Assembly: GCA_025603075.1 (NCBI GenBank)
Contig: MU626326.1
Span: 36,691 to 100,690, forward strand
DNA length: 64,000 nucleotides
Reading direction: 5' to 3'
DNA from: Neoconidiobolus thromboides FSU 785
Lineage: Eukaryota > Fungi > Entomophthoromycota
Position 1 is the first letter of the stretch. Every line of letters begins with the position of its first letter. Under the pieces are notes generated by a model. The model saw nothing but the letters and a program-made list of their open reading frames with translations. It was not told where the DNA came from and made no database searches. This document shows positions 19,954 to 34,327 of the stretch, piece after piece. The position numbers were made by a program, and so were the translations under genes.

Positions 19954-22900
19954 TTATGAGACTAACTCGTTACCCATAATGTCTTCAAGGATTGACCAAT
20001 CAAGAGAATCGGAATGACAAAACCTAGTGGGATGGAAGCATAAAGTACCTCTCAAATCATTAAGTTTATATAATAGTTCATTCTTTGGAGATTTAATCTT
20101 TCCATTTTTTACCTGAAGATTAAATTCCTCCCATTCTTGAAAAGTATTAAATGAATTAGAAGGTATATGAGGGAAAATTTGCTTAAATATCCCAGTATTA
20201 AGTTTGGCTACTTTCCTGAAGATACCATGATAGGTAGCATCACATATGGGATCTTGTGATAGTTGTTGGACCCAAGGGTGTTGATCATACACCTTGTTCA
20301 AAAGTCCTAAATGTTCTCTCCAAAGCTTGACTCGTAAATCATGAGCAAATCTCCTTCCAGTAAACTTTTTGTTGTCCATATTCATAGAAACCCTTTTTGT
20401 GTCTAAAACAACAGCTCCTAATTCTGAATCTCGATTTCCAAGCATTGATCTATCATTAAGATTGTTTGAAGCAATGATTGCAATCTCATCATCTACTAAC
20501 ATTATTTTACTATGTACAAACACCATATCAGTCACACATTTCCATTCAAATTCTTCATCTCCTTGAGTGTTATCATTACTAGACATTTCTTTACCAGAAG
20601 GAAGGATACCATAGGTTCTTAAAAAGTAAAATCCTACATAATCAAATGCGTCTAAATCGGGGAATTCTAGTTTAAATTGATCAAGCAAAGATAGTCCGCC
20701 ACGGAAGAGTGTTTGATATGATAGCTGTAACATATGGTTAGCAGGTTTTCCAGTTTCTTCTGGAATAGGGAACATAATAAACACTCTAAACTTTCTTTTG
20801 TTTTTTATGGCATCTTTGATCCTATCTAAAATAGCTACAATAATTCGATTCTCTACCCCACCACCTGCTGTTGATGATACTATATATTGGTTTTCTATAT
20901 AGATATAGTGTTGAGCTTTAGAAATGGCTGCCATATAGGCACCATAGACAGATGCTTCAGTAGTTCTTCCTTGTAATCCAGACCAATCTCCTAATGATCT
21001 AATAATCTGAACCTCGCATGTAAACCTTCCTCTACCAGCAATACCTGAAGGGGGAAGAGCAGGGGCTTTTGGGAGTCCGATCTTAGGTAAATGCTCAAAA
21101 GTATGACTTTTTCTATGATGATTCCATCTTTCTATAAAATTAACTGCAACATCATAAGCAGCTAAGCCCTCAATAGCTACTGAGACATCATGCCATGGCA
21201 TTCTACATCTAGAAAACCTATGTACTATATCCTTTGTTGGTTCACTGTAACTTTCTGGTCTAGAATCCTGTGGTTGGTAGTAATCTAGTCCAAGCCAAAC
21301 ATAATTGGGCTCAAATTTTGAATTGTTTTTCTTAAGCTCTAAATAAGTTAAAGTTTCTGCCATCCCTCTTAAATTTTCTAGCTTTTGGTTTACTTTATAT
21401 TTAATTTTCGGCTTCGATTCTGTATTCTCATTTGAATCATCAAGATCTAAAGCTGCTGTTGGAAGTAAAAAGGACCCCGGACTTGTCATATTTGAGTTAG
21501 GTGAAAAATTGGGAGATCCATTCAACGGTGATATATTTCCAAGTCCAGGTCCAGTAAATCTATAAGAAGGAGAAGTAGGTGGAGGAGTCTTCGGCTTTAA
21601 AGAAGGTGGTACACCTAGATCTGTTAATTCATGATTAAAAGTGTCATACCTACCAACTGCATAATCTAAGCCCCCTACAATTGCTTTAGTAAAATCAATG
21701 CATGTAAATTTTTGGTGATGAGACCATAAAAAGTTTGGTAAACTAAAAGCTGGGTCCCTCATAATATGTATGTTTGGATGGTCTGCTTCGAGGATTTCTT
21801 TAGCTTCTTCCGAACATAAACTTAAAAAAAGAGAATTATTCCATATAATAACATATATTTGTATTCCCTCGTCTGCTTTTTTCCATAATAGGTTACATAG
21901 TCTATCTTCATCTTTGAGTGGCAATGAGTCTCTCTTTAAATGGATAAAAGGGCTAAGCCACCAACAGCTCATAAATATAGAATCTGTAGCATCGTTTATT
22001 AAAGAAAAACTTTTATCAAAAAAGTCTTTGCCATCAACTAATGCCTCACAAGCGATATGTGATCTAACCTCAGCAAATGATTCAAAAGGATGTTGGTATC
22101 TAAGCAGTTGTTTCCTGTGGGAGCTTGACATTGATTCAACGCTGCCACTACTTTTACGACCACAAGGAGTGGGATCTTCCCAACTTAGTATTTGATCGCC
22201 GCATTTAGCACAAGTATAATGCAAAAGCTCTGATATTACCACCATGTTACTTTCAAATGCCCCGAAATCTGTGTGACATGTAGCACATAAAAAAGTTGAC
22301 GACTTACAATAACTACAACGATAGGTATCATGCAATACATACCCTCTATGCATTAAATAATGAGACGAGTAATGAAAACAAGATGAACAATATCCCATTT
22401 TACACGGCCTTTCTTCTCCCCATTCACTAATGGTACCATCGCAACGTGCACTAAAAAATATAAGTTTTTATTTGAAAAATTACTAAATAGTTACCATAAT
22501 TCCTCATCATAATCTTGATGACCCCTTGACATAGCTCCACAAGATGTACGACATTTTAGAGTAACTTGAGTACATTCAGTACATTTATACCTTGATCTTC
22601 TTAATAAATTACGCTGTACTCTACCATGCACGGTCTGTTTAAAACACCATGAACAGTAAGCAAAAGCAACAAATTTTTTATCACTTAATAGATTGGTCAT
22701 TCCTATTTTTATTGCTTCTTTTTCGATACTTTCAACTTCTCTTAAGATTTCATTCTGGTAATCTCCTGACCCAGTAATTGGGCCAATTTTTGTGCCATCA
22801 TCTAAAGATAACTGTCGAGCCATTCTTTCTCTAAGGCCTCCATCTCCATCTACTAAACTATTTGGGTTAGGTATAGGACTTACTATACTATTTATATCTT

Positions 22901-23531
22901 CTCCAATAGTCGCCCCACACGTAGAAGTTGGAGAAGAGGCTCTGGGCAATTCTTTTATTAAACTCAAGAAGTTTGAACTATTAGACTCTTCGTATTCCAA
23001 TTTTGAATCACTGCTTAAGAGCTCTTTGATGGTTTGTGGGCTAGGGCTATATACTTGTATTTCCGCTTTTTGCTCTATATCTTCATCACAATCTTCATAT
23101 CTTAATGGATCCAGTCGCGCTGCTCTTAATTGTGATCTTTCTGCAACTAGGGCCGATTTTAATGTCTGTAAATTAAGCCTTAATTCCTTCTTCTTAGCTT
23201 TTCCCAGTCCACTTAATCTTGATTGAACATTTTCTATCATCGTTGTTAATAATTCTTCTGAGGCTAATATTTCAGGCGATAATGAGGATATTTTATCACT
23301 GTCATTATTTTCAATTACTTCCCCACTTTCGCTTAGCTGCTCTATTAAATCTTGAATATATTCATGCTTCTTTAAACATGCATTTTCACTATTTGTATCC
23401 GCTGTTTCGCCTTCAATGACTATATCCGGTGTAATAATGGTTGATTGGTTACTATCGTTGTCTGGTTTTATCATATCATCATAAAGTACCCTAGATAAAG
23501 AAGGACTATTAACTTCATTTGCGGTTGACAT
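19954..23531 (-). CDS. Phospholipase D (two HKD motifs) with N-terminal tandem Cys-rich repeats; one intron at 22451-22494
   Basis: HKD1 is HHQKFTCID and HKD2 is VHSKIMLVDD...NNLNDRSMLGNRDSE; RMPWHDV and YIYIENQY are also present. Splicing joins the 346-aa and 814-aa ORFs in frame (EEL-C-ARC). Confidence 0.9.
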
Positions 23532-23925
23532 TTTAACAAATTTAATTAAAAAGGGCTCAGAATTCTCTTATATAAGTGTTTTATTGTAATTTCTTTTTAT
23601 GCTAAATTTTCAAGTGTTTTAGTTAAATTAAGGTTATTTTTTCATTTAATGGCTCAAATGAAACTTTATCATCTACAAATGTCCCACATGGATAATTTTT
23701 GGTGTCAACTGCTATAACCGAAACGATACCTACCATGTGTTAGTCAATATTTAAAAGTTTGACATTAAAATTTACCTTTGTGATGTATTTTTCTCACGCG
23801 TAAATTTAGATATTAATATTTTGTTAAACTTATTAGCATCATAAATATTTTGCAGAATTAAGTTGACATCATTATTGGAAAATGAGCTTCACAAAGTATT
23901 TGTTTTGAGGTTCTATTTTTTTAAA

Positions 23926-24909
23926 ATGCTACCAACTAAATTTATAAATTTGCTATTTTCTTCACTATTAGTATCAATTTATTTAGCAAGCAGAGGTGAT
24001 AACCAGCCAAAGTTTATCAATTGTCTAACCAAATGTAAAGTAGATGAATGCGATTCAAACGGAAATAGCAAAACCCCCCTTCCGTTACAGCTTCAGTTAA
24101 CATTTTGGAATTGCGAAGATGAATGTAAATACCAGTGCATGCAAAAAAGTTACAGTATAATGCTACAAAATGATCAAGTTGAACAATTTTATGGCAAATG
24201 GCCGTTTTATAGAGTGTTTGGTATTCAAGAGATAGCTAGTTTCGTTTTTTCCATTTTAAATGGTTATCAGCATTTCAAAGGTTTAATGAGATTAAAAAAT
24301 GAAATCAGTTTTTTTTCCCCATATAAAATCATATATATGATATACGCATGTATATCCCTGAATACTTGGGTTTGGTCAACTATATTTCATGCTAGAGATA
24401 AAATATTTACTGAAAAAATGGATTATTTTTCTGCTTATTTGTCAATCATCTATACTCTTTACATGACTTCAATGAGAGTCTTTAGGGTCAATTATGTATC
24501 CCATCCGAAATATTTTATTACTTGGAGTCTAGTTTGTTTAGTTATTTATGCAAGACATGTAGCTTATTTAAGTGGTAAATTTGATTATGATTATAATATG
24601 TTAGCAAATATAGTTACCGGAGGTATTAATAACCTTTTATGGTTTTTTTGGTCTACCTTTAATCAGCTTTTTCATCAGCCTAAGCACCCTAACCGTTGGG
24701 CTCCTTCTATTGTTTGTTTCCTTATTTCTTTAGCTATGAGCATGGAATTGTTTGACTTCCCAGCTGTATTTGGTTTATTTGATGCCCATTCTATTTGGCA
24801 TTTCTCTACTATTTTCCTTATACCACGTTGGTATGACTTTTTTGTTAATGATATCAAGTATCTACACCTTAACTTGTTAGATAACAGAATATCTGCCAAA
24901 GAAATTTAA
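23926..24909 (+). CDS. PER1: Per1/PGAP3 GPI-remodelling protein, intronless
   Basis: ASRGD...C...C, WNCEDECKYQCM, QFYGKWPFYRVFGIQEIAS, FHARD...EKMDYF, MELFDFP...DAHSIWH. Confidence 0.92.
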   Translation: MLPTKFINLLFSSLLVSIYLASRGDNQPKFINCLTKCKVDECDSNGNSKTPLPLQLQLTFWNCEDECKYQCMQKSYSIMLQNDQVEQFYGKWPFYRVFGIQEIASFVFSILNGYQHFKGLMRLKNEISFFSPYKIIYMIYACISLNTWVWSTIFHARDKIFTEKMDYFSAYLSIIYTLYMTSMRVFRVNYVSHPKYFITWSLVCLVIYARHVAYLSGKFDYDYNMLANIVTGGINNLLWFFWSTFNQLFHQPKHPNRWAPSIVCFLISLAMSMELFDFPAVFGLFDAHSIWHFSTIFLIPRWYDFFVNDIKYLHLNLLDNRISAKEI

Positions 24910-25269
24910 TTAGAGTAAAAGTTTTTTTTGTAATTGAGTATCATTTCAATAATTAATATAATAAATTTGTATTATTACTTTTTTGACTATAGCAACTATG
25001 ACTTTAAAGTATATTTCTACTCGAATATTCATTAACTTATTACTTTATTTTTCCAGATCTAAAATGACTCACTGCCACTTACAACTTTTTGTAACACTGT
25101 TTAATATTGAGATTTTTAACTTTAATTGGTAGATATAATATACCAAATTGAACAATATTTTAGAATATAAAGCTGTTTGTTACTTTTAATCGACTGGTTA
25201 AACATATATAAACCAAGTAGCTAATGTTTCACTATTATGGCAAAGTGAATATATAAGTGTAGCGTATAT

Positions 25270-25533
25270 TTGGATGCTGAAAGTTTATATCAGGATACGA
25301 AAATAAAAAACGAAGATAAGAAATACATGGGAAAATACTCTTACAGTAAATTTGGACAATTTACTTTGATAAATATTTATGATTACACGGGAATTAGGGC
25401 AACCAATCTGCAATTAGATGGTGGAGATTTTACGGAGAATCGTGCGGATAAACACTATGTAAGATTAGATTTACGCATAAACCAACTTAATAATGCAAAA
25501 TTTCTCGAAACTATGAATTCAAGCTATCTTTAA
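25270..25533 (+). CDS. Unassigned short ORF or gene fragment
   Basis: 87 codons with coding-like composition inside AT-rich spacer DNA. It has no clear ATG start and no motif I recognise. Confidence 0.2.
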   Translation: MDAESLYQDTKIKNEDKKYMGKYSYSKFGQFTLINIYDYTGIRATNLQLDGGDFTENRADKHYVRLDLRINQLNNAKFLETMNSSYL

Positions 25534-25913
25534 TTAAAGTCTTGATATTCATCATCATTTTTAATTAAAACTTCGTTTCAAGTATTTTAACCATAAAATA
25601 GTGATTAGAACCAAGTTTAAGCTTATATAATATTTATGTTATAGCTTTAAATTACATACTAGTTAATTGAATAATTATGACATAACATAAGGAGAGAAGC
25701 TGATAATAACATCAAAGAATAGATTTGACTTTAAATTTTGTCATGGCTAAAAAAGGCATAGTTTTTTTGAAATAAATTTTGCCGTGAAATTCCCATATTA
25801 AATACTAGCCAATAAAAGCTTCCATGTTTGCTAACTGTTTAAAGACGAAAAGGTTAAACTAACAGAAATTTAATTCTTGAAAGCCACTTTTCTTAGAAAA
25901 ACAAAGTGTTAAA

Positions 25914-26968
<1,055 letters not shown>

Positions 26969-27761
26969 ATTGAAACATCGATTATTGCAGCTATATTATT
27001 AAAAACATGCTTAGATTGTTTAAACTATAATTTCATTTGATTAATATAATAAAGTTTAGCACTTTGATTTTTATGCACATTATTACAGAAAGATTTAGCT
27101 GAGTGCTTGAAAATTTTGATTTAAAATTTTGATTTTTTATATTGATTCTACTAATCTCCTTAAACTTTAAAGCGTTTATCTATTATAAATTTAAATATGT
27201 TTATTAACTTTGATCTATTAAGTCAAGTTTTAAATTAAAATGTTTAATACAATAAAGTTGTTACTAAGTGTTTATATGTCTGAAATTTTAAAGATATTCA
27301 TTTCAAAAAGAGATAAATTAGTCACTAAATTAATTTTGTATAAATAGTCATTTGTTTTAAATAAAGCTTTTACTATTAGTTATTTTTATAGTTAATTTCT
27401 GATATAAAATTAAAACGTTTTTCAAAATATATTGTACTTAATATTTGATCCTTAATTAATATTGGTGTAAAATTAAATTAAAAAATACAAAGTTTTATTA
27501 TTTTACTATTCTATCCAAATATACTAATTAAATATATCAACAAAATTATATAAATTAATAAATTCAAGGCTACCTGAAAGTATAATATCTGGGTTTCGCA
27601 CCTATCTTATTTTGTCAAAAGCTACAAGCTCCTCTTTGTATTCGTCCTTGGTGTTCCTATAAGTGTACCTTTATATAAAGAATTTAAGGTAGTAAAACAA
27701 TTTACACAAATTATTATGATAAATATTATTAAATTTGGTTATTTTTATTATTATCTAAATA

Positions 27762-27857
27762 TGGTAATGTTTTTTTTGGTTTCATTATTTTTTCCATTTC
27801 TTAAGCACTATTTGAGTGGAAAGATTGTTAGTAAAATTCTTAAAAAATACATCCTCA
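27762..27857 (-). mobile_element. MITE family A, copy 4
   Basis: Shared core and degenerate TIRs, TA flanks. Confidence 0.75.
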
Positions 27858-28103
27858 TATAGTATTTCACAATTATTAAAACAAAATGAAGCATCATGTC
27901 TATTTAAATTTATTCAATATGTTTATTTATCTATTATCTTAGGATCTTTATACACTTTATATAGTTTATAAAGAGTATACATATATCTTAAAGGTATATT
28001 AGTATCTGTGTAACTAAAACTCACACATGAATATTATAAAACCCATATATGCTTGACTAATTAACTTATTATCGTTAGATGATATCTTGATACAAATACC
28101 ATA

Positions 28104-28202
28104 TGGGAGTGTTTTTTTTTGACTTCATTATTTTTTCCATTTTTTAAGCGCTATTTAAGCAGAAAATTTGTTAGTAAAATTAAACACAAAAATACATTCC
28201 CA
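28104..28202 (-). mobile_element. MITE family A, copy 5
   Basis: TA|TGGGAGTGT...ACATTCCCA|TA. Confidence 0.85.
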
Positions 28203-28565
28203 TATATAAAACAAAGCTAAGTCTTAATATAGGTTAGTTTAAAGTAGTTCGAAAAATAATTTGATTTTTTAGCAAAAATTGCAATACCAAGTGTTATAGA
28301 AATGTCGCTTTTTGCTTAATTCTAAACTCATAAATTGTGACGTTTTTTATTCAGCTTTACTTAATAGCTTAAAAAGTTTGTTTTAAATTAAACCAAGCTT
28401 TTAAACTTACCTGTTTAATACACATTTCACAAAGTAGATTTAAACATTATTATTATAACAGTGTAACGATTCTGTAATGGATTACTATCCTTTACCTTTC
28501 GTTATTATAGTATTAAATTGATAATAAAATTATATTATATTTGTTCAACGGCCTTTATAAGATAA

Positions 28566-28639
28566 GCTTCGGTAGTGTAGTTGGTTATCACGTCACCCTT
28601 ACAAGGTGAAGGTCTCCAGTTCGAACCTGGGCTGAAGCA
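28566..28639 (+). tRNA. tRNA-Val(TAC), copy 1
   Basis: Cloverleaf with anticodon arm TCACC-CTTACAA-GGTGA and a T-run after the gene. Confidence 0.93.
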
Positions 28640-29280
28640 TTTTTGCGATTTTAAATCACACCCATATAGATAAGTGTGATTATTGAATTGAGGTGTCTTT
28701 GACTAAAAATGCTAAATTTGATCAAAAAGTTAAGCTAAACAATGTCTTATTCTAATTTCAATTTTCAATAATTTAAAAATAATTAAATTTTAATAACTTT
28801 TTCTGAAAAGAAATATAGTCTTTAAGCTTTAAAGCAATGTTTTATTGATACTTTGTAAGTTAAGTTTAATTCAATTGTCAAATTGACAACTTTTTAATAT
28901 CAAGCTATCGTTATTTGATGATCAAACAATATTTTAAAATGATCAAAGAATTATTATAAAATATCAGATGAAGTAAATATGATAATTAAAATTATGAAAC
29001 TTTTACGTTACATACAAATTTAAATTAAAGTAATAACTCTCTAGATTTTAATTTGATTGTCAGTTAATAAAGTGAGCCATAACAAAAAAATGGAGAGGGT
29101 GTGATTTAAAGGGAAATTTTGTTAGCATAAAAAAAGAGTTATAATGACCTAAGTTTCAGTAAACTTATGTAGAAAGAGTTGATTGGCAGAAAATGAAATT
29201 AAATAAGAATGGCACCAAACCCAAGAGGAAATAGAAAAATTTAATTAGTTTTTAATAAAATATATAAGTAGTAGAAAGAA

Positions 29281-31925
29281 ATGGATAAAAGTTCAAGTGA
29301 AGGATCGATAGAATCGCCAGCTTTTGTTAAAGTAGAATCAAATCAACCCGATTTTTTAAGTGACCAAGAAATGACCATCGAAAATAAAGAAGATAATCTT
29401 ACAAGCCAAATTCAGGTAATTGATGAACACCAAGCCTTCAGTGAGGAGCTTACTCATTATATGAAAGATGTATGGCAATTAGATAAGTGTGGTTTTAACT
29501 ATAACTTAGTAGCAGTATTTGGATCTCAATCCACAGGAAAAAGTAAGTGTTTTTAACATAGAATTTGAATTTTGTTTAAATAAATTTAAGGTACTCTTTT
29601 AAATGCTTTATTTAAGACCAAATTTGATACAATGGGTGAAAGATACCGTCAACAAACTACTAAAGGTTTATGGGTTAGTTTAGCTAAAGATTCAAATACT
29701 TTGGTTATGGACGTAGAAGGTGTGGATGGTAGAGAGCGTGGTGAGGACCAAGATTTTGAACGGAAAAGTGCTCTTTTCTCGTTAGCAGTAGCTCAAGTTT
29801 TGATCGTTAATTTATGGGAGAATCAAATAGGACTTTACAATGGTGCCAATATGGGCCTACTCAAAACCGTTTTTGAAGTAAACTTGGAATTATTTCAACA
29901 AAAAGGGAAAGGAAAGACGTTGCTATTTTTCGTAATCCGTGATCATATTGGCAAAGTTCCACTCTCTCATTTGTCAGAAACTTTGAAACAAGATTTACAA
30001 CGTTGCTGGAATGAACTCGCTAAACCAAAAGGTTTAGAAAATTCAAGTATTACTGATTTCTTTGACTTTATGTTTTTCGGATTACCACATAAAGTGTTAC
30101 TGCCTGAAGAGTTCGATGAGCAAACACAAATCCTTAAACAATGCTTTTATGACCCATCCCATCCTAACTATGTTTTTAGACCACAATACCATAAGAGAAT
30201 TCCAGCAGATGGATTCAAGGTATACGCTGAGAGTATTTGGGAGCAAATTATTACGAATAAAAACTTAGATTTACCTACGCAACAACAGCTATTAGCCCAA
30301 TTCAGATGTGACGAAATTGCATCCTCAATCAATAGCGAAGTTCACAAAGAGTTTAAACCTTATAGAGATGAGATAGATTCTGGTAAAATAGTAGCAGATT
30401 TAGGCAAAGTGTTTAATGAAATTAAAAGTACTGCATTAAATAAATTTGATGATGAAGCAGGGAGATATAATAAGGAAGTTTATTCAAAAAAACGCAGTGA
30501 ATTGGAAGAAAAAATTCATGACTATTTCCATGGTTATTTTAAAGCACAATTAGATGGGCTTAGTAGCCAATCTTATAGTAACTTCACTAAAGTTATCGAA
30601 CAAGGATTAAAGCAAGTTGATTATGATTTTGTTAGTCTTACTACCAAGGCATCAGAAGAAGCCAAAAAGACCTTTAATGATTTAGCAAGTGGAATCGTTT
30701 TAAAAGGTGCAGATTGGGCATTTGTTAAAGAGCAACATTCCTTGGAAGAAAACATTAGTGATTTTATTACAAATAAAAGACAAGGAGAAATGGTTAAATT
30801 AGAACAAAATCTAACTAATTCAATATCCAATCAATTTGTTGATACGTTATCGCCATTATTTAATAATGCTAAAGAGGATCTTTGGCCAAATGTATTAAAA
30901 TATTATAAAGATTATACAGATAGCGCTACGAAACAATTAAAGGATAGATGCTCAGGTAATAACTATTCTATTTCGTAAATAATAAATTAAAGTAATCTTT
31001 TAGCATTCAACCTTAATGATGAAGAAATAGAAAAAAATGTTGCTGAATTAAGGGTTAAAAGTTGGGAGACATTAATTAAACATATTAAAGACGAAGTAGC
31101 AGATACCATGTTGTTAGCAAAATTAAGATATCGATTAGAAGAAAATTTCCGATATGATGCAGATGGATTGCCTAGAGTTTGGAAACCTGAGGACGATATT
31201 GACTATTACTTTAAAACAGCAAAGAATTTGGTAATTTAAACTATAGTTATAGTTTTATAATACTCATAATATTTATACTATTGTTTAGTCTTTAGAATTA
31301 ATCCCATTATTGTCTAAAATTGAGTTCGATAATTCATTCAACCCAGATACTTTCTTTGATGGAGTATGTATATTTTAGTTGCATAAAAATAATACTGATT
31401 ATTTATTTTTAGGCTACAACTAATATTGACTTCCATAGAAGTTTAAACGTAGTTAGTCATGCCAAAATTAACGATATAGAGGCAAGATTTAAAAGAGAAG
31501 CTGATGCTTTGTTTTTAGAAGCTAAGCGTAGTATTGTATCTACTACGGCCAAGGTACCATACTGGGTAATAGGCTTAATATTGGTATTAGGGTGGAACGA
31601 AATAATGTATGTGTTATCAACGCCCATGTCATTTTTATTCTTAATATTTGGCGGAGTGGCATTTTATGCAGTATGGACCTTAAAACTCATTGGCCCACTT
31701 ACTAGAGTTATTGAAGCTCTTGTTAGAGAAGTATACAATCAGACTAGAAAAGCATTAGAAGAATCAGTCAAAAACCAAGAAGCTATCCCACTTAGACCCA
31801 TGTCATCGAAGGGTTCTGAAATGCTTGGCTCTCCAACCTCTAGTGATAGAATTGAAGTAGAGCACCCTGTTTCACCTGTTCAAAATATGGATTCGTTACC
31901 TGGTACTGTAGAATTTGATGACTAA
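29281..31925 (+). CDS. SEY1: SEY1/RHD3 ER-fusion GTPase (multi-exon)
   Basis: [12 protein letters not shown] (across an intron), [33 protein letters not shown], and C-terminal VPYW plus two TM helices. Confidence 0.95.
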
Positions 31926-32223
31926 TCTTTTATCTTTTTATCTGTTTACAATAAATTACATCTTTATTAGTTTTGTCTTTGTAACGAACCACAACTAATT
32001 TTCACATGACTAAAAATGAAAGTATGAAAAATAATCGAAATTCGAATATGGGGTGGCATATTTTTTCATTTGGTATTTAGCAAATATTGAATACTTTAGG
32101 CTGCTTAAAAACTGGACAAAATATTAATACAAGACAAGACATGTCAAATATCATTAATTATATAGCATTTTATATAATTTAAAATCAAATATTCAAACAA
32201 ATTCTTTATTAAATATGTACATA

Positions 32224-32322
32224 TGATAGTTCTTTTTGATTTCATTACTTTTTCCATTTTTTGAGCGCTATTTGAGCAGAAAATTTGTTAGTAAAATCCT
32301 TAAACAAAGAAGTACATCCACA
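32224..32322 (-). mobile_element. MITE family A, copy 6
   Basis: Shared core, TA flanks. Confidence 0.75.
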
Positions 32323-32375
32323 TATATTAAAACATCAAAATCTCAATTTAAATCAATTTTATTATTCTCTAAAAT

Positions 32376-33038
32376 TTAGATGCCCATTTGTCTTTTGTAA
32401 TCAAATTGACGGCGGAGCCAATGACGGTAATCTTTAATACTTTTTATCTTTTCTCCATAATAATCTGGTGGTGCAGTTACTGATCTAGGTTGAATTGCCA
32501 TATTTACACGATATTTTGCTATTCTTTTATAAAAATCAGCATCTTTCTAAAAATTTAAGGTTAATAAAACTCTTAATTATCTTATTAAACTAATGTTTCT
32601 AGATCTAAATATTATTAAATAAATGGTTACCAAAGCAAGCTGTTCATTAATTTTAGGTCTCAATAATTTAAAAGCTAGAGAACCCAAAAGTGGGGTAGTT
32701 AAAAAAGCAGTAAACCCAGCAGCACCTGAAGCCAAAATAAAAACAATCATAGGGTCCATACCATAGATCATAAAATCACTACTTGGATCTAATGTAACAT
32801 TAGTCATTAAATAAGATCCAGTTGCTCCACTTGCAATAAAAGCTGAAGGGTATGAAAGTAATTGATCCCTTAGCTGACGTTGTTTTTTATATTGAAAGTA
32901 ATCTGTCCAACTCATTGAAGAAGCATCATGTGATTCACTCTTAATTTCAGTATTTTCCTTGAATAATACGCTTTGGGTATGAAGTCCTCGTAAGCTTACA
33001 GCTCGAATTAATTTTGAATTGATTTTTAATGTATTCAT
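32376..33038 (-). CDS. PAM17: Mitochondrial import motor subunit Pam17 (two exons)
   Basis: MSWTDYFQYKKQR...GMDP...DFYKRIAKYRV...PPDYYGEKIKSIKDYRHWLRRQ. Confidence 0.9.
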
Positions 33039-33223
33039 TATAAACTAAGAGATATTTTAAAAGTAACTTAGGATTGTTTATGTAATGGTTTGATCTAATT
33101 GGCTAAATAATAAGAATGATATCTTATATAAAACTACAAATAGATTTGCCCAAAAACAGGCTTAAAAAATAATCTTATAAAGACAGTGTTAAAGTTTGAT
33201 TTAATTTTTTATTACTAGTAAGA

Positions 33224-34327
33224 TTAGAGATTTAAATATCTATTTCTAACTCTACCATCTAATCCGACTCTTGGGTTGACGTTGGGTTTAGGACCATATT
33301 CGGGCTCAGATAGACCTATTAGAAAAAATTAATATCGCATATAGCATAAAATAAAGCTATACTTACCTAAAACGTCTTTATAAATGGTTGAGACAGTATT
33401 ATCATGTTTACATCTAAAAAATGAAGCGGCGCAAACTTGAAGCTGGTTCTTTTCTATCAAATCACGTACCGATAAAAACCTTTTTTCATTGACTTCCTTT
33501 CCAAACTCATGGCTTGGTACTTTTTCTATTTCTATTGGATTTTTTTGCTCTAATAAAACGGCAGTATAGCGATGATAATTTGTATTAAATTGAGGATGTG
33601 GTGGTAAATAATCTGCAACTACAGTTCCTTGACTTAAATCGATTTTTTTACTGTTACTATTTAATGGTATATTCGAGCTATAAAATTTTAGTTTAGTCAA
33701 GTTTAAAGTATAGTTCCAGACTTACACCATCCAATGGATACATTCTCTATAAGTTTTATTGGCTTCATTTGGAGAATCTGGGTCAGTTAAAACTAAAGTA
33801 TAAAGACGGGTATCTTCATGTAATAAAGTAGCCTTAACTTCAGGTTCTTTCATAACTGTTTCACAGTCCAAAATTTGACCACACTGCGCTTTATCTTTGA
33901 AAGATAAACTTAAATCGAAATTCAAAGACACGTCAGGTTTTAAAACATCTGGAATTACATACATTTGAGTTAATCTTTGTAATACTACTTTTGATTGTTC
34001 GTTTTTCCATTGCTTTTCTAACATGTGTTGATATACTACTTCTTTGATATCATATTCGCCAGTTTGGAACTTTTTCTCTGTTTCAGGTAAATGCAAATAG
34101 GCTTCGACAGTGCAAGCTTTGATTTTATCTTCTAATTCTTTTGAGCCCTTATTTGCGTTTAATTGAGATTTATATTCTTCGGCTAATTTTAAATGACGTT
34201 CCTTATAATTATTAAGGTACTCTATAGATGCTTCATAACCCTTTTGTAATTTAGCTTTTCCATTAGCTGTACCTACACTACTATAGTTTGCTACTCTTGT
34301 TCCCAATTTTATAGCTAATCTATTCAT
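33224..34327 (-). CDS. MRPL35: Mitoribosomal protein mL38 (PEBP domain), three exons
   Basis: Y.H.LEKQWK...LQRLTQMYVIPDVL, YTLVLTDPDSP, HWMV..NI, YLPPHP...YHRY, and FFR...D..VS.IY..VLG..EPEY. Confidence 0.88.

Noticed and set aside
20596-20612. GTATCCTT on the minus strand inside the PLD gene as a possible U12 intron start
   Set aside because: The frame is open and coding-like through the region and there is no TCCTTAAC branch site.
25689-25710. AAGGAGAGAAG, matching part of U6atac
   Set aside because: The following GTTAGC catalytic segment and stem are absent; an 11-nt purine run is not enough.
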